Source: an uncultured Thermoplasmata archaeon (lineage in GTDB: Archaea > Thermoplasmatota > Thermoplasmata > Lutacidiplasmatales > UBA184). From it: a DNA stretch of 64,000 nucleotides. Position numbers and translations under genes: made by a program. The notes beneath the pieces are model-generated. The model was not told where the DNA came from. It saw only the letters and a list, made by a program, of their open reading frames with translations, and ran no database searches. This document shows, one piece after another, positions 1-9,461 of this stretch. Position 1 is the stretch's first letter. Each line of letters opens with the position of its first letter. Location of the stretch: positions 27,272-91,271 of the forward strand of contig CAWBEU010000010.1 of NCBI GenBank assembly GCA_963787975.1, given 5' to 3'.

Positions 1-398
1 ACCAGAATGATGTAGGGGCGGGGTTCCTGCGCCCGCACCCTCGCGACCAGGTCGATCGGCGGCTGCGAAAGGATCGAGCGGACCGAATGCTCGAAGCTGG
101 AGCGAATCGCGGCTTCCGCGTCGGCGCCCCACCTCACTTTCTTGCCCACGAGCTCCTTTCGGAGGTCCTTGCGGACCCGTTCCACCACCGGCAACGCCAC
201 ATCCGACTGAAGGAGAGCGATCTCGAGGTCCTCCAGCACGGTGTCGATGGTCTCGTCGGAGAGACGGCGACCGAACCCTTCCGTGAGGCCCTCGGGCGTA
301 GAGGTCGTGGGAGGCGCCGGTTTGTCCGAGGTCGCGGACCCCGTCGACTCGTCCTTTTTCGACGAACCGAATAGGCGGGCCTTAATCGACGACCACAT
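1..398 (-). CDS. ftsY: Signal recognition particle receptor FtsY, N-terminal part (gene continues past the window start)
   Basis: Absent from the ORF track because no stop lies in the window. My reverse-strand translation from ATG 398 reads MWSSIKARLFGSSKKDES...ETIDTVLEDLEIALLQSDVALPVVERVRKDLRKELVGKKV...SILSQPPIDLVARVRAQEPRPYIILV. This is the helical N domain running into beta-1 just before the SRP-GTPase P-loop. It lies directly downstream of pfdA. Confidence 0.8.
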   Translation of the reverse strand, partial: MWSSIKARLFGSSKKDESTGSATSDKPAPPTTSTPEGLTEGFGRRLSDETIDTVLEDLEIALLQSDVALPVVERVRKDLRKELVGKKVRWGADAEAAIRSSFEHSVRSILSQPPIDLVARVRAQEPRPYIIL

Positions 399-867
399 GG
401 TTCGCGGCGGCGCCGGGTCGGGCCCGCTCCGCGCTCTGGCTCAACGCCTCGAGTCGGCTGGAAAGAACGGTGATCCGCTCCTCGAGCGAGCGCATCTGGG
501 CCTCGAGGTCCTGAGAGGCCTGGTCAAGTCGGACCAACCGTTCGGCGAGCACCTGGCTCGCCTTCGGTCGCTCCATTTCCACGACGATTCCACTACCAAT
601 TCCGACCAGCACGTGTCCGCTGTCTCGAGGAGATCCGCGGAGAAACGTATCGCCGCCCACCGGGAGCAGCAGTTCGGGGTCGGGTCCCGTACGGTCGAGT
701 CCCTCCAAGGTTTCGCGCGCCCGTTGGTGATCGGCGCGCGACGCCGAGATCAATTGGTGCTGTTGAAGCATCTGCGAGAGCTGGTTCCGGTACATGTCGA
801 GACGCATCAAGTCGTCTCGAACTTGTTCCTCGGTGACCGGGCGGGATTCGTTCCGAGGAGTGCTCAT
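382..867 (-). CDS. pfdA: Prefoldin alpha subunit
   Basis: ORF 382..948 shows the coiled-coil / beta-hairpin / coiled-coil layout (EEQVRDDLMRLDMYRNQLSQMLQQ ... LLLPVGGDTFLRG ... DLEAQMRSLEERITVLSSRLEALSQ). I moved the start to ATG 867 (MSTPRNE), which overlaps the LX gene stop by 4 nt. Confidence 0.85.
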   Translation of the reverse strand: MSTPRNESRPVTEEQVRDDLMRLDMYRNQLSQMLQQHQLISASRADHQRARETLEGLDRTGPDPELLLPVGGDTFLRGSPRDSGHVLVGIGSGIVVEMERPKASQVLAERLVRLDQASQDLEAQMRSLEERITVLSSRLEALSQSAERARPGAAANHVVVD

Positions 868-1049
868 GCCTGGGCCGGCTCCACGGATCCGATCCGGATC
901 AAGCGTCGGGGAAGGTGATGGCAGCCCCCGATCACGGAGACAGCCCACTCACGGGCCGCGGCTGCTGACGGGGCGTCTCGGACTTTCGAGAACGATTGCC
1001 AGCAGTTACGCCGGGCATAGAATTCACCCGAAACCTTCCATGTCGGCAC
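864..1049 (-). CDS. rplX: Ribosomal protein LX (L18Ae/L20A family)
   Basis: 61-aa ORF with a GTG start. VPTWKVSGEFYARRNCWQSFSKVRDA...AREWAVSVIGGCHHLPRRLIRIGSVE matches the remembered LX pattern (FxVxGEF..g...q.F.kev...ea.e.vys.lGS.Hk.kR..I.I..v). It occupies the expected archaeal position upstream of pfdA-ftsY. Confidence 0.7.
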   Translation of the reverse strand: MPTWKVSGEFYARRNCWQSFSKVRDAPSAAAAREWAVSVIGGCHHLPRRLIRIGSVEPAQA

Positions 1050-1088
1050 TCTAACACCTGAACGGCCGTGCCACTCGGGAACCCTACA

Positions 1089-2222
1089 TTAGGCCTTTGG
1101 GTCTGATGGCGGGGTTTCCGCCGGGTCGGTGGCCTGAGACCTCGCGTTTTCCGTCGTTTCCATGGCCCGTTCCCGGAGCCGGAACCACCGCTTCTGGCGT
1201 TCTTCGAGCTGCGCGGAGGCGTGCTGCGGGGGAGGCGCTTCCAACACCTCCGAGGGGTCGATCTCCACCGGCGGCTCCGGCGCCGGCGGCGCCGGGTCGA
1301 GCGTATGCTGACTGCGAGAGGGCTCCTCGGTCAGCCGGCGAGCTCGATCGATCTCCTGCCACCGGGAATCAACCTCCCCATCAGTGAATGCGATGGTTGG
1401 TGAAAACAGAACGGTCTCTCCCCAGGCCTGCCGGGCCTCGGGGAACTGCTCTACCTGAAGCGGGAGGACGACTCCCTCCGCGTGCGTCTCCCCCGCCAGT
1501 GCTCGGACGGCGGACGGAGCCTCCTCGGCCCCAGATGGGATCACGCGAGCGTTGGGGTCGAAATGGGTCAGCGTGCTCCCCACGAGAGCCTGCCCCGCGC
1601 CGGCGGTGACGAAAGCGACCCGGCAGCCGCGTTTCATCATCAGGTAGGCCCCCACGGCCCCCCGGGGTCCGTCGACAAGGGCCACCACCTTGCCCGCGAC
1701 GCCGAGTGGGAATCCCCCCGGTCCGCGGACCCGGCTGGAATAAAGGTACGTTCGAGGACCCCGTACCTCGACGTACAACTCCACGGCGGGAGTTTCGAGA
1801 TCTACCGACAACTGACGGTCGGGCCACTGGGTCATCAACCGGCCCCCGAGGTCCCGCGCCAGTTCCTGGCTAGTGAACGTATGGCTGCCGGTCCGGCGCG
1901 CCCGAACCGCGAAGGAGCTGCGTGGTCCAAGCAAGGGATCGGCCCAGGAGATCACCCGGGACCGGATCCCGTCGAGGTCGGTCGGGATCTCTTCCACCGC
2001 GCTGACCGACGTGACGCCGAAGACCCGTCGGACCAACCGGAGCGCTTCGAGCTCGTTGTCGCTCTCGACGTACAAGTGACCATGATCCGCACGAAGCCGG
2101 CACGTCCGCCCGGCGGCGAGAAACTGACTCATGATGTTCCGCTGGAGCGTCCGCTCGAACTCCCGCCGGACGGGCGGGGACTTGAGGGCAAGTTCGCCGT
2201 ACCGCACGAGCAAGGTCGACAT
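1089..2222 (-). CDS. ThiI-like THUMP-domain protein with degenerate PP-loop and acidic/Pro-rich C-terminal tail
   Basis: ORF 1089..2255; start taken at ATG 2222. The N-terminus MSTLLVRYGELALKSPPVRREFERTLQRNI is typical of ThiI, followed by a THUMP-like region. Where ThiI has LLSGGIDSPVAAYLMMKRG, this protein has ALVDGPRGAVGAYLMMKRG. Confidence 0.6.
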   Translation of the reverse strand: MSTLLVRYGELALKSPPVRREFERTLQRNIMSQFLAAGRTCRLRADHGHLYVESDNELEALRLVRRVFGVTSVSAVEEIPTDLDGIRSRVISWADPLLGPRSSFAVRARRTGSHTFTSQELARDLGGRLMTQWPDRQLSVDLETPAVELYVEVRGPRTYLYSSRVRGPGGFPLGVAGKVVALVDGPRGAVGAYLMMKRGCRVAFVTAGAGQALVGSTLTHFDPNARVIPSGAEEAPSAVRALAGETHAEGVVLPLQVEQFPEARQAWGETVLFSPTIAFTDGEVDSRWQEIDRARRLTEEPSRSQHTLDPAPPAPEPPVEIDPSEVLEAPPPQHASAQLEERQKRWFRLRERAMETTENARSQATDPAETPPSDPKA

Positions 2223-2274
2223 TCGGGAAGAATGGTTAAGACCGACACGCCTCATCAGCGTTCGGGACGCAGCA

Positions 2275-4087
2275 GTGGCGAGCGGCGACTCGGCGGCTTC
2301 GGAAACTTTGTGGGACCCGTGGCGGCCGGTCCGCGAACATATCGTCCGGGAGCTCGGACTGCGCCTAGGGGCGCATGGATACCCCGAGTCGGCCGAAGCC
2401 CTCGACCGACAGCTCGACGATGCGCCGTCAGGCGTGGCCGACTTCGGCTATGCTACCCATCGCGCCGCCAAGTCCGTCGGAGTTCCGCCGGACCGGTTGG
2501 CGATCGACCTGGCGACCGACTTTCCGCTCAGCGGCGGACTCGCTCGGGTGACGTCCGAGGGCGCCTATGTCAACTTCCATGCCGACACCAACCGGCTCGT
2601 CCAGAGTACGCTCGAACTGGTCTTCGCCCGAGGACCGGGGTACGGTCGCGGACCCGCGCGCACCGAGAAGGTGAGCGTGGAACACACGAGCGCCAACCCG
2701 ACCGGCCCGTTCCATGTCGGTCGAGTCCGGAACGGGATCATCGGCGACACGATGGCCCGGGTTCTCCGGGCGGCCGGCTATCCAGTGACGACCGAGTACT
2801 ACGTCGACGACATGGGCCGTCAATCCGCGATGATCACCTGGATATGGGCGATACCGATCGAGCAGTGGCCTCCGGAGATTCGCGAGGGCGCGCGACCGCC
2901 TGACGGGGTCTCGGTCACGTCTGAGAAAGCTGACCACTGGTACGGCCGACCGTACCGCTACGCGAGCGAGTTCCTGAAGAAGGATCCCGTCGCGGCCCAG
3001 CAGGTCGCCGAGCTGGTCCGAGAGCTCGAGTCCGGCAACGCTCCTCCGCGCCACCGGGAGATCGCCGAGGCCGTACTGAAGGGCATGTTGGCCTCCCTCG
3101 CGCGGATCGGCATCCAGTTCGACAGCTTCGTCTGGGAATCGAGCCTCGTCCGGGACGGATTCGTCGCTCAGGTGATCGACCGGTTCCGGAAGGCGCCCCA
3201 CGCCGTCGTGGAGGAGAACGGAGCGTTGGTACTCGACGCGCGCGGGTACGGCCTGCCGAAAGAGAGCGCGACGATCGTTGTGACCCGGGGGGACGGGACG
3301 TCGCTCTACCCCACGCGCGACGTGGCCTACCATCTGCAGAAGTTCTCCCGGTTCGCCCGGGTCATCGACGTGCTCGGACAGGATCACCAGTTGCATGCCC
3401 GCACGCTCGTCGCGATGCTGGCGGAGATCGGGGAGGCACGCCGGCCGGAGTTCCTGATCTACCAGGACATCACCGTTCCCGAGGGAGGCCGGATGTCGAC
3501 CCGGAAGGGACGGGCGGTCAATCTCGACGATCTGCTCGACGAGGCCGTGGAACGGGCTCACGCGGAAGTCTTGAAGCGACGGGAGGACCTCTCCGAGGAC
3601 CAGGTCGCGGCGATCGCGGAGCACGTCGGTGCCGGCGCCGTCCGGTTCCACATCCTTCGGATCGCTCCCGACAAGCCGGTCAAGTTCCGGTGGGAAGAGG
3701 CCCTCTCGTTCGAGGGACGGAGCGGACCGTTCGTTCAGGACCTGGTACGCCCGGGCAGGGAGCATCTTGCGGAAGGCGGAACGAGAAACTCCTCCCTATC
3801 CATTCGAGGCGAAGGCCCTCAGCCTGCTCGAAGAGATCGACCTCGTGCGGACGATCGCCCGGCTGCCCAGCACAATCGAGTACGTCGCTCGGACCGGCCA
3901 CGTGCACACGGTCGCGACCTACGCCTACGGCCTGGCCGAAGCCTTCAACCGGTTCTACCAGGCCGTTCCCGTGATCCGAGCGGAGGAACCGGCCAGGGCG
4001 AGCCGTCTCGCCTTAGTGGCAGTGAGCCGTCAAGCGCTGGGGAACACTCTCGACTATCTCGGACTCGAGCGCCTCGAGCGGATGTGA
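2275..4087 (+). CDS. argS: Arginine--tRNA ligase, reading frame interrupted by an apparent 1-nt insertion near 3738-3746
   Basis: The frame of ORF 2131..4233 carries EHTSANPTGPFHVGRVRNGIIGD (HIGH-type) and GGRMSTRKG (KMSKS-type) up to EGRSGPFVQ. The rest of the enzyme (WYARAGSILRKAE...ATYAYGLAEAFNRFYQAVPVI...LERM stop) is in the next frame (ORF 3629..4087). The start is uncertain (GTG 2275 or TTG 2308). The 2131 start would overlap the divergent thiI-like gene. Confidence 0.85.
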
Positions 4088-4782
4088 GCCGGCGTCGTGA
4101 GGGGGTCGGGGATCCCCGCCTCGCGGAAACCCCGCGCACGCAGAACGCACGAATCGCACCGCCCGCACGGCGTGCGACCGCCCGCGTAGCAGCTCCAGGT
4201 CATTTCCCACGGCACCTGGAGTCGCTCTCCTAGTCGCACGATGTCGGCCTTGGACAGACGGAGCAAGGGGGTCTCGATCCGGATCTCTTGGCGCCGTTCG
4301 ACTCCCGCACGCGTCGCGAGACGCGCGAGGTGCTCGAAGGCCCGGAAGTACTCCGGTCGGCAGTCCGGGTAGCCCGAGTAGTCGATTGCGTTCGCACCGA
4401 TGTAGATCGCCTCCGCGCCGAGGCTCTCGGCGTAGCCCAGCGCAATGGAGAGGAGGATTGTATTTCGAGCGGGGACGTAGGTGGCCGGGATGCGTCCCGG
4501 CTTCCGACTCGTGTGAGCGCGTGGCAGGGGACGCTTGGCGTCGGTGAGCGCCGACCGGAGCAGGGGTCCAAGCGGGAGCTGCAGGACCTCATGGTGTGCG
4601 ATCCGGAAATGGGTCGCGAGATGACGCGCACTCCGGATCTCCCTTCGATGTCGCTGTCCGTAGATGACCGTCAGGCAATCGACGCGCCGGAAATGCTGAC
4701 GCGCGACCGCGAGCGCCGTGGCGGAGTCCATTCCTCCCGACAGAAGAACCACGGCAGTGCCCTGCCTCTTTTCCGCGGTCAT
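4054..4782 (-). CDS. queC: 7-cyano-7-deazaguanine synthase
   Basis: Within ORF 4054..5229; start at ATG 4782 (MTAEKRQGTAVVLLSGGMDSATAL). It has the PP-loop SGGMDS and the C-terminal Zn cluster CYAGGRTPCGRCDSC. Its start overlaps the upstream gene stop by 4 nt. Confidence 0.9.
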   Translation of the reverse strand: MTAEKRQGTAVVLLSGGMDSATALAVARQHFRRVDCLTVIYGQRHRREIRSARHLATHFRIAHHEVLQLPLGPLLRSALTDAKRPLPRAHTSRKPGRIPATYVPARNTILLSIALGYAESLGAEAIYIGANAIDYSGYPDCRPEYFRAFEHLARLATRAGVERRQEIRIETPLLRLSKADIVRLGERLQVPWEMTWSCYAGGRTPCGRCDSCVLRARGFREAGIPDPLTTPAHIRSRRSSPR

Positions 4783-5543
4783 CCGGGGCCCGACCCGAGC
4801 GCGGCCAAGAGGCCCCAGGCGATCAGCACGGTGATGAACATCGCGACTAGATTCGTGCCGCCCTTCGACAGATAGTGGCGATTCTCGAGCGTTTCGCCCA
4901 GCAGGCTGTCTACCTGACACCCGAGGAACCCGGCGAGCGTGACCCCGAGGAGGAAGGTTCCGAGTGGCGGCACCGGTTGACCGAAGAGGCGGAAGAGCCC
5001 CGCTCCAACGAGCGCGGTGGTGAACGCGCCGACGAACGCCCAGGCCTCTCCGAGGGCCGATACTCCTCCGTTCGTTCCCGGCGTGACGAGCTTTCTCGTG
5101 AGCAGGCTGCGGGCCCGGCCGGCGAGCACCCCAAATTCGCTCGCGAACGTATCTGATGCTCCGAACGCGAGCGCCGAGGCGTAGAGAAACGCCGTCGTTG
5201 CGGGAGGGAGCACGGTGGGGGCAATCCAACCCACGGCGACGAGCGCGCTCGGGACGACCACATGGGCGAGCACATTCGCTACACCTCGTTCGCCGTGCGT
5301 TCCCTCTTGGACGTTCTTCCGTAGCTTGTCCTCAAACCGGAAGCGTGTCGCGAGCACGCTCGCGACGACAAAGAGTACCAAAAGCGCAAGGTACGGAAAC
5401 CCTCCAACAACCACGATGAAGGATCCGAAGATCGTCGCGACCACTCCGGCGACGAGCGTGAGGGCGCCGGCCCGAACCGCGCCCGCCGAGAGGACGCAAG
5501 TCAGGGCGATACCAATGACCGCTTCCAAAAGTGGGAGAACCAC
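4779..5543 (-). CDS. DUF92/TMEM19-type integral membrane protein
   Basis: 254-aa polytopic ORF. It has a GxSDTxASExG-like motif (AFGASDTFASEFGVL) and a C-terminal GGTNLVAM segment, as I recall for the DUF92 family. Confidence 0.55.
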   Translation of the reverse strand: MVLPLLEAVIGIALTCVLSAGAVRAGALTLVAGVVATIFGSFIVVVGGFPYLALLVLFVVASVLATRFRFEDKLRKNVQEGTHGERGVANVLAHVVVPSALVAVGWIAPTVLPPATTAFLYASALAFGASDTFASEFGVLAGRARSLLTRKLVTPGTNGGVSALGEAWAFVGAFTTALVGAGLFRLFGQPVPPLGTFLLGVTLAGFLGCQVDSLLGETLENRHYLSKGGTNLVAMFITVLIAWGLLAALGSGPG

Positions 5544-5606
5544 GAGAGAATCCGCGCGAGGAGCCGGGTCCGCCTTAGAAGCTTTCCGCGGGCACCGAGA
5601 CCTGGG

Positions 5607-6185
5607 CTAACCCCGGTGAAGGACGGCCGCGGCCGCGGCACCGAAGCTAGATACCCGGATGTCCGGATGGATCCCCCGCTCCGACAACTCCTGGTTCACG
5701 AGGGTCTCATGAGCTACTTCGGGAATTAGGACGGTGAACAGGCCGAGCTTGGTCCCGGCCTCCACGTCCGCTAGGCGATCCCCGATGATTGCACTCGTAG
5801 GGAAGTCGATCGCCCAGTCTTCGGCAGCCCGGTGGAACAGGGCTGTTCCCGGCTTCCGGCAGTCGCACTGTTGCTCGGGGGTGTGGGGACAATAGTAAAA
5901 CGCGTCCACGGAAGCCCGATACGGCCGGAGTTTCTCGTTGAGCCGTTGATGGATACGGTGGAGTGTCTCTTCGGGAAAAAGGCCCCGACCTACGCCGGAC
6001 TGGTTGGTGACGCAGACGACAAGGTAGTCGTGCTGACGAAAAAGCCGCAGCGCATCGCCGACGCCGCTGGCCAGTTCAGTCGCCTCAGGGTCGGCGAGGT
6101 AGTGCAGATCGGGCATGAGGGTCCCGTCGCGGTCCACGAACACCGCGCGTCGCCGGGGGCGGGGTCGCGCGGCCGGGGCACTCAT
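5607..6185 (-). CDS. gmhB: HAD-IIIA phosphatase, D,D-heptose 1,7-bisphosphate phosphatase-like
   Basis: VFVDRDGTL (DxDGT nucleophile motif), VTNQSGVGRG, the Zn-binding CPHTPEQQCDCRKP, and IIGDRLADVEAG. Confidence 0.7.
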   Translation of the reverse strand: MSAPAARPRPRRRAVFVDRDGTLMPDLHYLADPEATELASGVGDALRLFRQHDYLVVCVTNQSGVGRGLFPEETLHRIHQRLNEKLRPYRASVDAFYYCPHTPEQQCDCRKPGTALFHRAAEDWAIDFPTSAIIGDRLADVEAGTKLGLFTVLIPEVAHETLVNQELSERGIHPDIRVSSFGAAAAAVLHRG

Positions 6186-6236
6186 GACGGGGTCGGCGTC
6201 GGCGGGCTCTTAAGTCTTGAGTCCGGAGCGCTTCCA

Positions 6237-6995
6237 ATGGACATGCAACAGCCTTCCTCGCGAGTCGCCGCGGAGGTTGCGTCGCGGTGGCGAGACGCTA
6301 TGCTGCGCACGGTTGGGAGCTCGCGCCGGATCAGTGTCCTGTACTCTGGGGGCCTAGACTCATCCCTCGTTGCGGTCGGGGCTCGAGAGCTCGCCGAAGT
6401 CGAGCTCGTGACCGTCGGGGTGCGCGGGAGCCATGACCTCCTCGCGGCCGAACAAGGGGCCCGTGTTCTGGGGCTGACGTGGGTCCGTCGAACGGTCTAT
6501 CGAGCGGACATCGAACAAGTCCTCGCGGCAGAGCGTCGCGCGCTGTCAGGGGTAAGCCCTGTCTCCCGGGCTGTTCTCGTTGGTATGGCACTCGCCATGC
6601 AGACCGCCTCTCAGGCGCGCGTCCTCTGCGGCCAGGGCGCCGACGAGTTGTTTCTCGGGTACGCCCACTTCGAAGGCCTCTCGTCCGTTGATCTGGAGAT
6701 GAAGCGACAGGCGGACCTCGACCGTCTGTTACAGGAGGATTGGCCGCTCTCGATATCCCTTGGAGATCACGTGCACAGGAAGCTGGCGTCTCCTTTCCTG
6801 GAGCCGGATTTCCTGAGCTATGCGCGGGAACTTTCCGTCGACCAGCTTCGTGCGGGCCGAGGACGCAAGCCGTTGCTCCGGCAGGTGGCCATGGCCCTTG
6901 GGGTCCCTCCGGAGTTGGCTGAACGTCCCAAGAAGGCGTTCCAGTACGGGAGCGGTATCGAGCGGTTGTTACGGCCTCGGTCGAGGAGCGGCTGA
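6237..6995 (+). CDS. Asparagine synthase-like PP-loop ATP pyrophosphatase (synthetase domain only)
   Basis: Within ORF 5832..6995; start at ATG 6237, because the upstream part is antisense to gmhB. Contains ISVLYSGGLDSSLVA (SGGxDS) and GQGADELFLGY. Confidence 0.6.
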   Translation: MDMQQPSSRVAAEVASRWRDAMLRTVGSSRRISVLYSGGLDSSLVAVGARELAEVELVTVGVRGSHDLLAAEQGARVLGLTWVRRTVYRADIEQVLAAERRALSGVSPVSRAVLVGMALAMQTASQARVLCGQGADELFLGYAHFEGLSSVDLEMKRQADLDRLLQEDWPLSISLGDHVHRKLASPFLEPDFLSYARELSVDQLRAGRGRKPLLRQVAMALGVPPELAERPKKAFQYGSGIERLLRPRSRSG

Positions 6996-7004
6996 AGGGA
7001 CTAT

Positions 7005-7961
7005 TCAGTCGGCGAGGATCCGCGTTCCCGTCTCGTTACGCATCGCGCGGCCCAGCGAGGGAGGATCGGTGATGATCGCCCGGTGTCCCCCATTGCGGAG
7101 GAATCCGAGCGAGGCTTCGACCTTCGGTCCCATGCTCCCCTCCCCGAACTCGCCCCGTCGCAGATAGGTCTCCATCTCAGAGGCGTGTACTTCGCCCAGC
7201 CATTTCTCCCAGGGTTTCCTGAAGCCGATCGCGGCCGCCGGGACGTCCGTCAAAATCACGAGAGTGTCGGCGCCCATCGTCGCGGCGACGAGCGCGGCCG
7301 TACGGTCCTTGTCGATAACCGCCTCGACTCCCTCGAACGTTCCCTTGCTCTTCTCGACTACCGGGATCCCGCCGCCGCCCGTCACCACGGGTACGATGTG
7401 CGCCCCCCAGCCGCGGGGCAGGAGCCTCTGCAGGCCCTCGCCCTCAATCCAACGAATGGGTTCCGGGGAGGGCACTACCCGACGCCAGCCTCCTCGTGCG
7501 CCATCGTACACCATTTGCCAGCCTTCGCCCTTGCGTAGCGTACGGGCCTCCGCCTCGGTGTAGTATCGGCCCACCGGCTTGTTCGGGTGTTTGAAGGCTT
7601 GGTCTCGTCGCGAGACGACCGTACGGCTGACGAGCGCGACGACCGTCCTGGGCACCTTCGCACGGACCAGCGCGGCGGTCAACTCCTGCTCGATCAAGTA
7701 CCCAATTTGGCCCTGGGTCTCCGCGCCAAGCACATCCATCGGCCGTCGCGGGAGCTCCCGCTCGGCAAGCTCGTTCTGGCGCAGCAGTGTGCCGACCTGG
7801 GGCCCGTTGCCGTGCGTGACTATCAGCTCCTCCCCATCCACGACGAGGGTCGCGAGCACCGCCGCCGTCACTCGCATCTGGGCCACCTGCTCGGGCCAGG
7901 TGCCATGCCCGCCCGCCCGTTGGAGGGCGTTGCCGCCCAGCGCGACAAGAACACGACCCAT
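7005..7961 (-). CDS. arcC: Carbamate kinase
   Basis: Within ORF 7005..8066; start at ATG 7961. Contains MGRVLVALGGNAL, THGNGPQVG, VVTGGGGIPV, AVIDKDRTAA and GSMGPKVEA. Confidence 0.9.
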   Translation of the reverse strand: MGRVLVALGGNALQRAGGHGTWPEQVAQMRVTAAVLATLVVDGEELIVTHGNGPQVGTLLRQNELAERELPRRPMDVLGAETQGQIGYLIEQELTAALVRAKVPRTVVALVSRTVVSRRDQAFKHPNKPVGRYYTEAEARTLRKGEGWQMVYDGARGGWRRVVPSPEPIRWIEGEGLQRLLPRGWGAHIVPVVTGGGGIPVVEKSKGTFEGVEAVIDKDRTAALVAATMGADTLVILTDVPAAAIGFRKPWEKWLGEVHASEMETYLRRGEFGEGSMGPKVEASLGFLRNGGHRAIITDPPSLGRAMRNETGTRILAD

Positions 7962-8063
7962 GCTGAACCGCTTTCTCCGTCGAGACGTGCGCGAGTAATA
8001 ACGCATCGGAAAGAACGGGTTTTGTACGCTTGGCCGTGTCTCAACAGAGCGCGCGACAGCACG

Positions 8064-8072
8064 CATATATAG
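8064..8072 (+). promoter_or_regulatory. TATA-like box (CATATATAG) for leaderless purB
   Basis: An A/T island in GC-rich DNA, centred about 26 nt upstream of the purB GTG at 8094. That spacing fits archaeal TATA-to-TSS distance with a leaderless mRNA. Confidence 0.45.
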
Positions 8073-8093
8073 CCCGGTCCGGGTCCGCCGCCT

Positions 8094-9461
8094 GTGACGG
8101 AAAATCCGGGGGATCTGTTCTGCCCGCTGGAGTTCCGGTACGGTCGTCCCGGAGTCCGGGCGATATTCTCACGGGAGCACCGGCTGCGTCGCGCGCTACG
8201 AGTCGAAGCCGCCCTCGCCGAGAGTGAGGCGGAGCTGGGACTCATTCCCGTCGAGGCCGCGAAGGCCATCGCCGCGGCGGCGGCGGGAACCGGGGTAACC
8301 CTTGCTGAGGTGGACCGCCTCGAATCGGAGGTCAAGCACGACGTCATGGCCATCGTGAGGGCGCTCGCCGCTCAGTCCGGTATCGGCGGACCGTGGGTCC
8401 ACTACGGAGCCACCTCGGCCGACATCACCGACACCGCCCTGGCGCTCGAACTGCAGGATGCCGTTCGGATCGTCAGAGGGGACCTGACCGAGTTAGGGCA
8501 GGTGTTGACCGACCTTGCTCATACGTACCGAGCCACGCCCGAAGTCGGGCGTACGCACGGGCAGCATGCCGTGCCGACCAGCTTCGGGTACAAGATGGCC
8601 GTCAGCGCGGCCGAGGTCCTTCGGCACCGCAAGCGGCTGGACGAACTTTCCGGGCGGCTCTGTGTCGGGAAGATGGCCGGGGCCGTCGGGACCGGCGCCG
8701 GATTCGGTCCGAAGTCGGCCGAGATTGAATCGGCCGTCATGCGTCGACTCGGGATCCGGGCCGACGAGGCTCCCACGCAGATCGTAGGCCGAGACCGGAT
8801 CGCGGAGTTCACTAACTGGCTCGCGCTCGTCGCCGGCACCGCGGAGCGACTGGCGACCGAGGTTCGGAATCTCCAGCGGTCCGAGATCGCCGAAGTTCAG
8901 GAACCCTTCGATGAGCGTCGCCAAGTAGGAAGCTCGACCATGGCGCAGAAGCGGAACCCCATGGTATCGGAGAACGTGACGTCGCTCGCGCGCCTGGTCC
9001 GCGCCTTCGCCCTCCCTCCGCTCGAGAACATGGCCCAATGGCACGAGCGGGACCTCGCGAACTCGGCGAACGAGCGTATCGTGCTCCCCCATTCGATCGT
9101 CCTGGCGGACGACATGCTTCACAAGCTCGTCGAAGTCCACTCTGGATTGAAAGTGGACTCGGCACGCATGGCCGCCAACCTCGGCTTGACCGGCGGGGGC
9201 GTCATGGTCGAGAACCTGATGCTCGCACTCACCGCACGGGGAGTTCCCCGGTCCGAGGCGCACGAGTTTCTCCGGACGCTCTCTCTCGACGACAAGACCG
9301 GCGAACCGCTCGCGGCGCGCGCCAAGTCGGATCCGGTCCTTCGGAAACACTTCTCGGACGTCGAGCTGGATCAGCTCCTCGACCCGGCGGCCTACGTCCA
9401 CGCTGCGGCCGCCAAAACCGACCGTGTCGTGGACTCCCTGCGCCGTGAGTTGGCGGCGTGA
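8094..9461 (+). CDS. purB: Adenylosuccinate lyase
   Basis: 455-aa ORF. Contains PLEFRYGRP, HYGATSADITDTA, GRTHGQHAVPTSFG and SSTMAQKRNP (the fumarate-lyase signature S-S-x-M-x-x-K-x-N). Confidence 0.9.
   Translation: MTENPGDLFCPLEFRYGRPGVRAIFSREHRLRRALRVEAALAESEAELGLIPVEAAKAIAAAAAGTGVTLAEVDRLESEVKHDVMAIVRALAAQSGIGGPWVHYGATSADITDTALALELQDAVRIVRGDLTELGQVLTDLAHTYRATPEVGRTHGQHAVPTSFGYKMAVSAAEVLRHRKRLDELSGRLCVGKMAGAVGTGAGFGPKSAEIESAVMRRLGIRADEAPTQIVGRDRIAEFTNWLALVAGTAERLATEVRNLQRSEIAEVQEPFDERRQVGSSTMAQKRNPMVSENVTSLARLVRAFALPPLENMAQWHERDLANSANERIVLPHSIVLADDMLHKLVEVHSGLKVDSARMAANLGLTGGGVMVENLMLALTARGVPRSEAHEFLRTLSLDDKTGEPLAARAKSDPVLRKHFSDVELDQLLDPAAYVHAAAAKTDRVVDSLRRELAA

Noticed and set aside
2131-2274. 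N-terminal extension of argS given by the track (start 2131). The same applies to upstream extensions of gltA (28136), pyk (16986), queC (5229), arcC (8066), the PP-loop gene (5832), fdh (22149) and pepO (47533).
   Set aside because: The extensions overlap divergent or upstream genes or the tRNA. They are low-complexity and precede conserved N-termini that start at internal ATG/GTG codons with better spacing to TATA or SD-like elements.
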